64,000 bases of DNA, taken from NCBI GenBank assembly GCA_037439525.1, contig JBBIVW010000002.1:331650-395649 (forward strand), written 5' to 3'. The translations under genes were made by a program, and so were the position numbers. Source of the stretch: Anaerolineae bacterium. Lineage in GTDB: Bacteria > Chloroflexota > Anaerolineae > Anaerolineales > UBA4823. Of the stretch, positions 1 to 9,117 are shown piece after piece. The notes beneath the pieces were generated by a model. It worked only from the letters and a program-made list of their open reading frames with translations. It ran no database searches and was not told where the DNA came from. The first letter of the stretch is position 1. Each line of letters opens with the position of its first letter.

Positions 1-153
1 GTAGCTTTGGAAATACTCCGACAATTGAACGCTCTTTCGGCAGAGCAATTACAGTTGTTGGCCGAGTTTGGTCCAGAATGGGCGGTGACAAATTGGCGCG
101 GTTTGGAGGTGGGGCGAGCTTATCCCATTTTTACACTCCATTGGAATGGCTAG
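1..153 (+). CDS. 3' end of an unidentified protein-coding gene (partial, enters from upstream of the window)
   Basis: Frame 1 is open from base 1 to TAG at 151-153 (...GPEWAVTNWRGLEVGRAYPIFTLHWNG*). The stop overlaps the ATG (146) of the next gene. No family recognised. Confidence 0.3.
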   Translation, partial: VALEILRQLNALSAEQLQLLAEFGPEWAVTNWRGLEVGRAYPIFTLHWNG

Positions 154-859
154 AGAATCTGTTTTCATGGAGGCTGATGAAAAAGCTCGATGGGCGCATG
201 CCAGGTTGCTGGAGTTTTATGGCTATCCTCAATGGCGCAACCCACTCCCGCCGCTGGATGAGTTGGTATCCACTTTGCTTTCCCAAAACACCAATGATCA
301 CAATCGGGACCGTGCGTATTTGAGTTTAAAGAGACGTTTTCCAACCTGGGAACAGGTGCGTGATGCATCCCTGAATGAAATTGTCGAAGCCATTCGCCCC
401 GCGGGCCTGGCAAACCAAAAAGGAGCGCGGTTGCAAAATATTCTCAGGCAGATTACTGCCCAGCGCGGCGACCTGGATTTATCATTTCTTGGTGATATGT
501 CTGTGGAGCAAGCAAGAGAATGGTTGTTGCAGTTTAAAGGGGTTGGTCCTAAAACTGCAGCGATTGTTTTGTTGTTTTCCCTGGGGAAACCCGCCTTTCC
601 GGTGGATACGCATATCTTTCGGGTCACTGGCAGGTTAGGGTTGCGCCCCGAAAAGATGAGCCCGGAAGCAGCTCATGCAACCCTCGAGAAGCTATTCCCT
701 CCCAAAGCTTATTATGCAGCACACCTGAATCTCATCCGCCTGGGACGCGAGATTTGCCGCGCACGACGCCCCTCATGTCCACGATGCCCATTACGCGAAG
801 TATGTGTATACTATAAGGAGAATATAGCCTCTTTTTCTCCAGCAAAGGCGATGGAATAA
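146..859 (+). CDS. nth: Endonuclease III family DNA glycosylase/lyase (HhH-GPD with 4Fe-4S loop)
   Basis: HhH motif 'LLQFKGVGPKTAAIVLL', 'FPVDTHIFRV' and C-terminal Cys cluster 'CRARRPSCPRCPLREVC' (C-x6-C-x2-C-x5-C). Confidence 0.85.
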   Translation: MARESVFMEADEKARWAHARLLEFYGYPQWRNPLPPLDELVSTLLSQNTNDHNRDRAYLSLKRRFPTWEQVRDASLNEIVEAIRPAGLANQKGARLQNILRQITAQRGDLDLSFLGDMSVEQAREWLLQFKGVGPKTAAIVLLFSLGKPAFPVDTHIFRVTGRLGLRPEKMSPEAAHATLEKLFPPKAYYAAHLNLIRLGREICRARRPSCPRCPLREVCVYYKENIASFSPAKAME

Positions 860-871
860 AAAGGAAAAACC

Positions 872-2686
872 ATGCCATTAGACTTGCATAAATCGAATTT
901 TGAATCTTTGCAATCCATTTTGCGAGATTTGGAAGCCGAGTTGGCTGCGGGGAGTGGACGGGATTATCTGGCAAAGGCATACCAGTATTTGGAAAAACTG
1001 GGGGAGGATTTGAAGCGCAGTGAGGAACAAAGTCATCTGGCAGTTCTTTACCAGGTTTCGCGAATTTTGGGCACATCTCTCGATCTGGACGAAGTGCTCG
1101 CCCAAGTTATGGACGCCGTGATCCGTTTGACCGGCGCGGAACGAGGCTTTTTGGTGCTGATTGAGGAAGGGGAGGATTGGAAGTTGCGCGCCGCACGAAA
1201 TTTCGTGCAGGAAACGCTTTCGCACAAGGACATGGAGGTAAGCCGTACGATTATCGATACGGTGTTGGAACGGGGAGAAGGGGTGGTTACGACAGACGCA
1301 CAAACCGACCCGCGGTTTTCTGGCACGGAATCGGTAGTCTTTTATGCTTTGCGCTCCATCATGTGTGCGCCGCTTTTAGCGCGCGGCCAAATCATTGGAG
1401 CAATTTATGTCGATAATCGCACCCAAGCGGGCTTGTTTACCCGTCGCGATTTGGAAATGCTGAACACCCTGGCTATTCAAGCGGCGATTGTGATCGAGAA
1501 CGCGCGCCTGTACACCCGCACCGACCAGGCTCTAACACGCCGAGTGGAGGAACTCGAAACCTTGGCTCAGATTGACCGCGAGTTGAATACCCGCTTAGAT
1601 GTCGAACATGTCTTGGAGATCTTACACAAATGGGCGCAGAAGGAAAGCCATTCGGCACATGTGTGGATCAAGCTCCTTTCGGATGAAAAAACCAATACTC
1701 CACCGGTTGCTGTTTATCCTGAACCCCTACCGCATGTGCTGGAAAATGAACGGGGCATCGAAAAGGCAATCGCAGAATTAGCACCACAGACGGTACGGGT
1801 TGCCGAAGGGGAGCAAATATACCTGATCATTCCTATCCCGCATAGTGGCAAGCCAATTGGCGTGCTGGTTTTTGAACGCGCGCAACCTTATCACCAAGAT
1901 GAAATCAGTTTTTTAGGTCATCTTGCCGGTAGGGCTGCCGCGGCTTTGGAAAATGCCCGTCTTTATCAGGCTTTGCATTTCGCCAATCAGGCGAAGTCCC
2001 AGTTTGTGTCTATGGTTTCCCATGAACTCCGCATTCCCATGACATCCATCCGTGGCTACACCGATTTACTTCAACAAGGTGTGGTAGGAGCAGTCAACGA
2101 ACAGCAGGTGAAATTCCTGGAGGTGATCCGCAACAACGTTGACCGCATGTCGGCGTTGGTCGCGGACTTGTCGGATATCTCCCGCATCGAAACAGGGCGT
2201 CTGAAGTTGGAACGAAAAGCACTAGAGTTGCCCCATTATATTGACGAAACGCTTCAAAGGCTGAGACCTAAATTCGAAGAGAAGGGTCAACGTCTGGCAC
2301 TTGAATTGGAAGAAGCGCTTCCAGAGGTATATGCAGACCCTAACCGCCTGGTCCAGGTGCTCACCAATTTGATGAGTAATGCCTGCAAATACACGCCTGA
2401 AGGGGGAGAGATTCGTGTTGTGGCGAGACAGGTTGAAAAAGCTGTGCGTGTGGATGTCGTGGATACAGGTATCGGGATTGACCCGAAAGACCACGGCAAG
2501 ATCTTTTCTCAGTTCTTTCGTTCGGATGACCCCGTCGTTCGCAATGAGCAGGGATGGGGTTTGGGCTTGAATGTGACTAAAAGCCTGGTGGAGCTGATGG
2601 GGGGCGAAATCGGTTTTGTCAGCGCCGCAGGGGAGGGGAGTATTTTTTGGTTTACAATCCCATTGGCGTCTGAGGAAAATTTCTAA
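872..2686 (+). CDS. Sensor histidine kinase with coiled-coil N-terminus and two GAF domains
   Basis: H-box 'SHELRIPMTSIRGY', N-box 'LTNLMSNACKYTPEGG', G-boxes 'DTGIGI' and 'GWGLGL'. GAF-like 'GFLVLIEE...IGAIYVDN'. Confidence 0.9.
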   Translation: MPLDLHKSNFESLQSILRDLEAELAAGSGRDYLAKAYQYLEKLGEDLKRSEEQSHLAVLYQVSRILGTSLDLDEVLAQVMDAVIRLTGAERGFLVLIEEGEDWKLRAARNFVQETLSHKDMEVSRTIIDTVLERGEGVVTTDAQTDPRFSGTESVVFYALRSIMCAPLLARGQIIGAIYVDNRTQAGLFTRRDLEMLNTLAIQAAIVIENARLYTRTDQALTRRVEELETLAQIDRELNTRLDVEHVLEILHKWAQKESHSAHVWIKLLSDEKTNTPPVAVYPEPLPHVLENERGIEKAIAELAPQTVRVAEGEQIYLIIPIPHSGKPIGVLVFERAQPYHQDEISFLGHLAGRAAAALENARLYQALHFANQAKSQFVSMVSHELRIPMTSIRGYTDLLQQGVVGAVNEQQVKFLEVIRNNVDRMSALVADLSDISRIETGRLKLERKALELPHYIDETLQRLRPKFEEKGQRLALELEEALPEVYADPNRLVQVLTNLMSNACKYTPEGGEIRVVARQVEKAVRVDVVDTGIGIDPKDHGKIFSQFFRSDDPVVRNEQGWGLGLNVTKSLVELMGGEIGFVSAAGEGSIFWFTIPLASEENF

Positions 2687-2712
2687 CGTGTAGACTTTCG
2701 TAGAGGTTGAAG

Positions 2713-3306
2713 ATGAAATCAAAACGTTCTGGCCATCGTTATCCTCTTATCTTTTACCGCAGAACATTGGGGCGCCTTGCCTTGGGTGCTTTGATCTTGG
2801 GGATTGCCCTGCTTGCCGTTTGGGAATGGTCGCTCATTGAACCGCGCGATATTCTTTTTCTGAAAGGGGAGGTGTTGATCCTTGCTGCATCCATTATGTC
2901 ATTGTTCGTGAGCCTGGTAGCATTTTTAGCTCAATGGATGGCATATGTCAAACCATTTCGTGATTCTCTCTTCATCGCCACACCGCTTATACGGATGCAC
3001 ATCTCATATCGGCGCATCCGTAGCCTGCATCCAGCGTTGATTCAGCAGATCTTCCCTCCAGATAAGCAAAAATGGTCACGCAGGATGTTTTTAGAGCCCT
3101 TTATGGGGAAAACAGCGTTGATCTTAGAGTTGCGGGGGTATCCGCTAAATAAAACCTTATTGCGTCTGTTATTACCCGGTTACATGTTCTACCCTCAAGG
3201 AGAGGGCTTTGTGTTATTAGTTTCCGATTGGATGAAGTTCAGCACAGAATTTGATTCCTTTTCTGGCGCCTGGTTGCAAAAACGCGGAAGCGCTGTCAAA
3301 CGTTAG
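2713..3306 (+). CDS. Hypothetical membrane protein (two predicted TM helices)
   Basis: ORF with hydrophobic stretches 'LALGALILGIALLAVW' and 'VLILAASIMSLFVSLVAFLAQW'. ATG at 2713 follows AGAGG (2702-2706); the track start at 2707 is TTG. Confidence 0.5.
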   Translation: MKSKRSGHRYPLIFYRRTLGRLALGALILGIALLAVWEWSLIEPRDILFLKGEVLILAASIMSLFVSLVAFLAQWMAYVKPFRDSLFIATPLIRMHISYRRIRSLHPALIQQIFPPDKQKWSRRMFLEPFMGKTALILELRGYPLNKTLLRLLLPGYMFYPQGEGFVLLVSDWMKFSTEFDSFSGAWLQKRGSAVKR

Positions 3307-3520
3307 ATGGCTCTATTGAGACCGCAAGCTTGTTACATTTATCACATTTTCAGTGAGCATCTTCCTCATAAATTCATGATTTATGACAATAACCCAACGG
3401 CTATTATTTCGGTATGATAAAGTCACCTGGAATATGGGGGCATAAAAATTGCTCATCGCTGTTTCCTCCTTTGGCGAAAGCCTCCGCCTGCAACACCTCA
3501 CCGTTCAGGCGGAGGCGGCT

Positions 3521-5470
3521 TTAATGAGCACCCTCTCGTTTCTCGTGCGGGACGATGTCTGCTTGCGGGAGCATGATGGTAAATACAGTCCCTTTACCAG
3601 GCGCGGAATCGAGCCAGATGCGCCCCTGGTGGTTTTCGACTATGGATTTGACAATTGCCAACCCTAAACCGGTGCCGGTTGTGGATGCAGCCACATTGCT
3701 CGCGCGATAGAACTTATCGAAGATAAAGGATTGTTCTGCCACGGGGATCCCCACTCCGGTATCCGCTACTTGTAGAACGACTTGCTCTTTTTCCGCGCGC
3801 GCCAGGAGGCGAATCTCTCCTCCCTCCGGCGTGTATTTGATGGCATTGTCTATCAAGTTCAGCAGCATCTGTCGCAATCGCAGTGGATTCCCCAACACGT
3901 AAGGAAGGTTTTCAGGCACGTCCGTGATCAGGTTGATCTTCTTCTTCTCAATGCGCTGATCGATTCCATCGAGTACATAGTGGATCACCAGAGAAAGAGG
4001 GATGCGCTCTTTCTCTAAGTCAAACCCTGCTTCAATCCGCCCCAAATCGAGCAAATCGTTTATCAAAGCGGTAATATTATGGACGCTGTTTTTTATCCGC
4101 TGGACAAACTCTCTTTGTTGATCGTTGAGTGGTCCGATGCGGTCAAGCAGTTCTACATAACCCAAAATCGCCGTAAGTGGCGACCGCAAGTCGTGGGACA
4201 CGGCGCTTACGAATTCCGATTTAATGCGGTCCAGCTCTTTTTGTTGAGTGATTTCCTGCATAGTGATGGCCGTGCCAATTTCCGGAATTGGAGTGGCTGT
4301 GGCACGATATATGCGCCCGTTCTCGACCTGGAACTCAATTTTAGGGTTCAGGGATGTGGGAGTTTGTTCGATGAGGTCGACCAGCTCTTTACATGGAAGC
4401 ACCTCTCGGGCTGTTTTGCCCAACACCTGTTCCTGGGTCAACGATAAAGCCTCTCTGGCTTGTAAGTTGATCATCATTACGCGTTGCTCGTGATCGACTA
4501 CCAAAACTCCATCGATAATGTTTTCTAGCAACGTATGGAGTTTTTGCTGTTCCTGGCGAACATGGGTGTAGAGACGTGCGTTTTCGATGGCAATGGCCGC
4601 ATAATCGGCTAGGGTGGACAAGAGTGCCAAGTGACTTTCGAGGAAGGGACGCTGACTTTGACGGTTGTCCACAGAAAGCACCCCGATGGCTTTCCCTTGG
4701 ATCGTGATGGGCACGTAGATCAAGTTATAGACCATGAAAGAGGTTTTGATTTTGTGAGGTGCCTCTCGATCCAGGATGAGAGGTTTTCCCGAGCGCAGAA
4801 CTTCACCTGCTAGGCTATCCTCTACAGGAAGGCGAAAGGTCCTGGCGAATTCTTCCTGGAAATTCTTTTGAGCGCGTACGTACAGCTCGCCGCCCGGTTC
4901 ATCCAAGAGCATCAAGTTGCCTTCTTCTGCGTTCGTTAGAGTCACCGAGGCTTCTACCACAGCGCTCAGCACTTTATCGATATCCAGCGAATGGGTCAAT
5001 TCACGCCCGATGCGGTGAATCGTCTCGAGCAAATCCACCTGCTCTTTGAGGCTTGCAGTGTCCCGCGCCGAGACCATTCGGGCATATTCCTGTTGCCGTT
5101 TGGAGGCCTTTATGGCGCGCTCGAGTGATGCGGATAACTCTTGTATCTTGAGTGGAGTTTGGAGCAGATCGAAAAAATCCAACCGCAATGCTTCTAAAGG
5201 GGAAATCGTGGGCTGCTCCAAACAAAGCAGAATCACAGGGCTCAATGGAGCAAGATGACTGAGGTCTTCTTTGATGCTGTAGATATCGGCTTCGGGTAGA
5301 GGTACACCCAATAGGATCGCCTGGGGAGGATGGCGCATGAGCAGGTTCTTTGCCTCTTGCCAGGAAGTGGTCATTATAGGATAGAAATGTGATGATGTTT
5401 GCAAGCTACGCGCGATGAGGTCGCGTGTGGGTTCATCATGCAAGATAACGAGCAGTGGATGGCTTTCCAT
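3521..5470 (-). CDS. Histidine kinase with receiver-like (Asp-less) N-terminal domain, GAF and PAS domains
   Basis: H-box 'SHDLRSPLTAILGY', N-box 'LLNLIDNAIKYTPEGG', 'DTGVGI', 'GTGLGLAI'. GAF 'GNLMLLDE...IGVLSVDN'. PAS 'LENIIDGVLVVD'. Confidence 0.9.
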   Translation of the reverse strand: MESHPLLVILHDEPTRDLIARSLQTSSHFYPIMTTSWQEAKNLLMRHPPQAILLGVPLPEADIYSIKEDLSHLAPLSPVILLCLEQPTISPLEALRLDFFDLLQTPLKIQELSASLERAIKASKRQQEYARMVSARDTASLKEQVDLLETIHRIGRELTHSLDIDKVLSAVVEASVTLTNAEEGNLMLLDEPGGELYVRAQKNFQEEFARTFRLPVEDSLAGEVLRSGKPLILDREAPHKIKTSFMVYNLIYVPITIQGKAIGVLSVDNRQSQRPFLESHLALLSTLADYAAIAIENARLYTHVRQEQQKLHTLLENIIDGVLVVDHEQRVMMINLQAREALSLTQEQVLGKTAREVLPCKELVDLIEQTPTSLNPKIEFQVENGRIYRATATPIPEIGTAITMQEITQQKELDRIKSEFVSAVSHDLRSPLTAILGYVELLDRIGPLNDQQREFVQRIKNSVHNITALINDLLDLGRIEAGFDLEKERIPLSLVIHYVLDGIDQRIEKKKINLITDVPENLPYVLGNPLRLRQMLLNLIDNAIKYTPEGGEIRLLARAEKEQVVLQVADTGVGIPVAEQSFIFDKFYRASNVAASTTGTGLGLAIVKSIVENHQGRIWLDSAPGKGTVFTIMLPQADIVPHEKREGAH

Positions 5471-5533
5471 AACTTATGTGCTCGAGGATGTTTTTCCCGG
5501 CGTGTGAGATTGGATTTTGCACTGATTGAGCGC

Positions 5534-6451
5534 TCATTTATCGAACGGCGTTTGCCACCACAGGATGGCAATGATCTCGCTGATCATATCCAGAAACTTC
5601 TTATCGATTTCGGAAAATGGTTGTGCAGATTTCCGTATCAGGGTGATCGTGCCGTGATCGATGCGCGCGGCTTTAATCGGCACAACAAGCGCGGCTTCAC
5701 CGAACCTGCCGATCGGGAATTTCTTGAGTGCCGCGCCATGCAAGCTAATTGCTTCGTTCTTTTGATTGGCCATCTTTGCCACCCCATCATCCCAAGCTTT
5801 TCCAAGCAAGACATGCGATCCGTAAGGGAGGTTTACCGCGGCTGCAAGAAGGTAATTTCGGGAAGTCGCCTGAAAGCGCAGCAGCCATCCCATGTCTGCA
5901 TTGCAAAATGTGACAGCTTCTTTGAGCAAGGTTTCTATTTTAGTCGCCTGTGTGAAATTGGAAGCCAGGACTTTTGCCATTGTGCGCATACTGGCGAGAA
6001 GGCGCGTGTTTTCCTGGTTTTCTTGCAATGATTTTGAAAGTTCCTGCTCAAGTCTGTTTCGCTCTTCCCTTAACCGTGACCGTACCAGCGTGCGTTCGAT
6101 CACTCCCCAAACCTCGGTTTCTTTTGCCGGCAGGAGGATGAAATCGCTTGCCCCAAGGCGAAGTGCCTGAACCAGCTTGCTCTCGCACCCTTTTTCGGCT
6201 AACAAGATGACTGGAATGGGCATGGATTGAGCCGAAAGCGCCACGAGCAGGTCTTTGCAACTAAGGCTTGTGAGGGCAAGTGAACACAAGATAAGATGAG
6301 GTGAGTAACGGTTTAGGTCCTGAATGGCTTGGGCGATCGTTCGCACGAGATGCACATGATGGCTGCGGTCAGATAGAACCTGCTTGACCAGCCACTCGAT
6401 GATCTCGGGTTGATCACAAACCAGCATGATGCGCTGCGCGTCGGGTATCAT
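5534..6451 (-). CDS. Receiver-like (Asp-less) domain protein fused to a GAF-like domain
   Basis: (beta-alpha)5 pattern 'IMLVCDQPE..HLILCSLAL..PVILLAEKG..SDFILLPAK', then a coiled linker and a GAF-like C-terminus. Lies 63 nt upstream of the kinase on the same strand. Confidence 0.65.
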   Translation of the reverse strand: MIPDAQRIMLVCDQPEIIEWLVKQVLSDRSHHVHLVRTIAQAIQDLNRYSPHLILCSLALTSLSCKDLLVALSAQSMPIPVILLAEKGCESKLVQALRLGASDFILLPAKETEVWGVIERTLVRSRLREERNRLEQELSKSLQENQENTRLLASMRTMAKVLASNFTQATKIETLLKEAVTFCNADMGWLLRFQATSRNYLLAAAVNLPYGSHVLLGKAWDDGVAKMANQKNEAISLHGAALKKFPIGRFGEAALVVPIKAARIDHGTITLIRKSAQPFSEIDKKFLDMISEIIAILWWQTPFDK

Positions 6452-6552
6452 ACACTAATCATAGCATGGAAACGGGGTTTCAGAAACTATCGCGCGTTCG
6501 ATATATTATGATAAGCTTGGGTTAGGATGTTGTAAAGACTCCCGCCCTCTAC

Positions 6553-6582
6553 TTGACTTTTTACTCTATGGATATATACAAT
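6553..6582 (+). promoter_or_regulatory. Candidate sigma-70-type promoter for the HtrA-like protease gene
   Basis: TTGACT (6553-6558), 18-nt spacer, TACAAT (6577-6582), about 30 nt upstream of the ORF start. Confidence 0.35.
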
Positions 6583-6610
6583 AAATAAAATTCCTCTGCA
6601 GCGCGACTCA

Positions 6611-7783
6611 ATGAGGCACACGGTGTGTTTAGGTCTTATGACAAGGACAAGAGGGTTATCGGCTTTCATCTCAGGAGCGTGGATGGTACTGTTCCTTTTC
6701 GCCTGCACCGCTCAGAGAACGATCGAGCAAGGAACTGAAATGGTAGTTCCCCCTTATATTACCCAGGGAGTAGCTCAATCACCCGCCTTGCTGGCTGGGA
6801 TGAGCCAGGAATTGGCGAGCATATATGCGCAGACCCATCCAGGCATTGTAGCGATTCGCGCCCTTAGCCCAGGAAGCGCATCTTTGGGTTCGGGCATTGT
6901 TATCGATTCAGCAGGACATATTGTGACCAATGCACATGTGCTCGCTGCCCAACAGGAAGAGGTAGAGGTGTTTTTCGCCTCCGGCTACAAAGCCCGCGGC
7001 AAGCTCGTCGGCATAGACCCGATCTCCGATCTGGCTGTGGTGAACGTTTCTGTACCCCAAAGCGAATTGCATCCCTTGATTTGGGGAGATTCGGATCAAG
7101 TGAGCGTTGGCCAGGTGGTGGTTGCTTTGGGCAACCCCTACGGCTTTCAGGGGGTGATGACCTTGGGCATCGTTTCCGGGTTGGGTAGGACCTTGCAATC
7201 CCTTAACCTGGAATCCGATGAGCGTTTGCAATCCATCGCCGAAGTCATTCAAACCGACGCCGCGCTCAGCCCAGGGAGTTCGGGTGGTGCCTTGCTGAAC
7301 CTTGAGGGCGAAGTCATTGGCGTGATCGCCCAGGTGCTGACCAGCGGCTTGGGTCGAGGCCAAGTAGGGGTAGGTTTTGCCATCACCGCAAACCTGGCAA
7401 AACGTATTGTGCCCTTCCTCATCGAAGAAGGAACGTTCACATATCCCTATCTGGGGATTTCCAGCCTGGGAGAAATCACCCTTGTAGAACAAGAAATTCT
7501 TGGCCTTCCTCAAGCCACGGGCATCTACATCACCAAAGTCCATCCTGGAGGGCCAGCCGAAAAGGCTGGGTTGTGCGCCGGAGAACAGATTACCAATCTA
7601 CCTGGCGTGCGCGCCGGGGGGGATTTAATCATCGCCGTAGATGGACATGCGCTGGTCAATTTCAACGATTTGATGCTTTATTTGATTAAGAATAAGCGCC
7701 CTGGTGATACAATATATCTAACCGTCTTACGCGGCGCTGAGCAATTAGAAATCAGTTTGATTCTGGGTGAAAAGCCTGAATAG
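6611..7783 (+). CDS. HtrA/DegP-family trypsin-like serine protease with C-terminal PDZ domain
   Basis: Catalytic triad context 'TNAHV', 'DLAVV', 'GSSGGALLN'. PDZ-like 'GIYITKVHPGGPAEKAGL'. N-terminal hydrophobic anchor. Confidence 0.85.
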   Translation: MRHTVCLGLMTRTRGLSAFISGAWMVLFLFACTAQRTIEQGTEMVVPPYITQGVAQSPALLAGMSQELASIYAQTHPGIVAIRALSPGSASLGSGIVIDSAGHIVTNAHVLAAQQEEVEVFFASGYKARGKLVGIDPISDLAVVNVSVPQSELHPLIWGDSDQVSVGQVVVALGNPYGFQGVMTLGIVSGLGRTLQSLNLESDERLQSIAEVIQTDAALSPGSSGGALLNLEGEVIGVIAQVLTSGLGRGQVGVGFAITANLAKRIVPFLIEEGTFTYPYLGISSLGEITLVEQEILGLPQATGIYITKVHPGGPAEKAGLCAGEQITNLPGVRAGGDLIIAVDGHALVNFNDLMLYLIKNKRPGDTIYLTVLRGAEQLEISLILGEKPE

Positions 7784-7859
7784 ATCGAAGTAAAAAACCA
7801 TTCAGGGGCGTGTTGGTTTTAATCATTATTGAACAACTACAAAAGACAAGGAGGCAGCC

Positions 7860-8954
7860 ATGTTTAGCGAGAAAGACTTACAGGAATTGCTGGAATTCAA
7901 AGGCTCGGCTCAAGTCCTTAGCGTCTTTTTAAACACAGATCCGCAAAAAGGCTCTTCCGATTTTCATAAGCGCAACCTGCGCAGCATGTTGAAGGATTTG
8001 GAAGCCCCCCAAGACATTGCCGCCATTTTGGATTACATCAACCATCAACATGATTGGTCTGGACGCAGCGTAGCCATGTATTCTAGCGCGGCTGCAGATT
8101 TTTTCAGAGCATTCACCTTTGCAGTGCCCATGCGCAGCCGCATGCATATCAGCGATCGCCCATATGTCAAGCCTCTGGCAGATTTACTCGATTTATACGG
8201 TGGTTTCGGCGTGGTTTTGGTGGATAAACAAGGCGCGCGTTTGTTTTACTACCATTTAGGCGAATTGAGAGAAGAAGAAGGCGTACTCGGGGAGAGTGTG
8301 CGCCGGACAAAACGCGGCGGCGGCTCCCAGTACGCCGGTCGGAGAGGAGGTGTGGCTGGAAACACGGATTACGTCGATGAGGTTACAGAACGAAACTTGC
8401 GTGAAGTAGCCGAAGTTGCGGCGAAGTTCTTCGCCGAAAATCAGGTACGCCGCATCCTGATCGGCGGGACGGATGAAAACGTGGCTTTGTTTCGCAGCCT
8501 CTTGCCCAAAGCCTGGCAGAGTCTTGTGGTGGGCAGCTTTCCCATGGCGATGACAGCTTCCGAAAGTGAAATCTTGGAAAAAGCCATTCAGATTGGGGAG
8601 AGGGCTGAAGAACGAAGGGAAGCTTTATTGGCGCAAAGCGTGGTGACCAGCGCAGCAAAAGGCAAGGGAGGGGTCGTCGGTTTGGATGATGTGTTGAAGT
8701 CGATTCATGAAGGCAGGGTGCAAACGCTTTTATTACGCGACGGCTACCGGGCGCCAGGGTTTCGCTGCATGGGTTGTGGTTTGATCTCTTCGGTCGAGTT
8801 TGAGGCTTGCCCTTATTGTGGGGGGAAGATCGACAGAATTGTGGATGTCGTTGAATTGGCGGTGCGCAGAGTGTTGAATTCGGGAGGAGAGGTTGAGGTT
8901 TTGCATATCGATGTTCCGGGTATTAAACACATCGGCGCGGTGTTACGCTATTGA
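7860..8954 (+). CDS. Bacterial eRF1/Pelota-like (VLRF1/baeRF1-type) release-factor homologue with Zn-ribbon insert
   Basis: Central-domain-like 'GVVLVDKQGARLFYY', loop 'RRTKRGGGSQYAGRRGG' resembling eRF1 'KKHGRGGQSALRF', eRF1 domain 3-like 'GGVVGLDDVLKSIHEGRVQTLLL', and 'CMGCG...CPYCGG'. Confidence 0.7.
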   Translation: MFSEKDLQELLEFKGSAQVLSVFLNTDPQKGSSDFHKRNLRSMLKDLEAPQDIAAILDYINHQHDWSGRSVAMYSSAAADFFRAFTFAVPMRSRMHISDRPYVKPLADLLDLYGGFGVVLVDKQGARLFYYHLGELREEEGVLGESVRRTKRGGGSQYAGRRGGVAGNTDYVDEVTERNLREVAEVAAKFFAENQVRRILIGGTDENVALFRSLLPKAWQSLVVGSFPMAMTASESEILEKAIQIGERAEERREALLAQSVVTSAAKGKGGVVGLDDVLKSIHEGRVQTLLLRDGYRAPGFRCMGCGLISSVEFEACPYCGGKIDRIVDVVELAVRRVLNSGGEVEVLHIDVPGIKHIGAVLRY

Positions 8955-9078
8955 CCGAAGAATCGTGGAGCGCATACGCGCACGCTGTCCAGAAGAAATG
9001 AGGCATCTGCGCATCTAGAGTTAAGCGAAAGGCCATTCCCGCCTGAACTGCTAAAGCAGCGCTGCTTTTACCATCGTT

Positions 9079-9109
9079 AGGGCGAAGCGATTTTCGCCCT
9101 AATTTTTTT
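9079..9109 (+). terminator. Rho-independent terminator in the convergent gap
   Basis: Stem AGGGCGAA (9079-9086) / TTCGCCCT (9093-9100), 6-nt loop, then AATTTTTTT. Confidence 0.6.
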
Positions 9110-9117
9110 AAAACTCC

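Noticed and set aside
3313-3501. 62-aa minus-strand ORF in the AT-rich convergent spacer between the 199-aa membrane protein gene and the histidine kinase gene
   Set aside because: No RBS and no recognisable features. It overlaps an 11-bp GC hairpin (GCCTCCGCCTG / CAGGCGGAGGC at about 3478-3514) that more plausibly serves as the kinase operon terminator.
9048-9070. Palindrome AAAGCAGCGCTGCTTT as a second terminator after the release-factor-like gene
   Set aside because: It has no loop and no following U-tract. The adjacent hairpin at 9079-9109 is a far better terminator.
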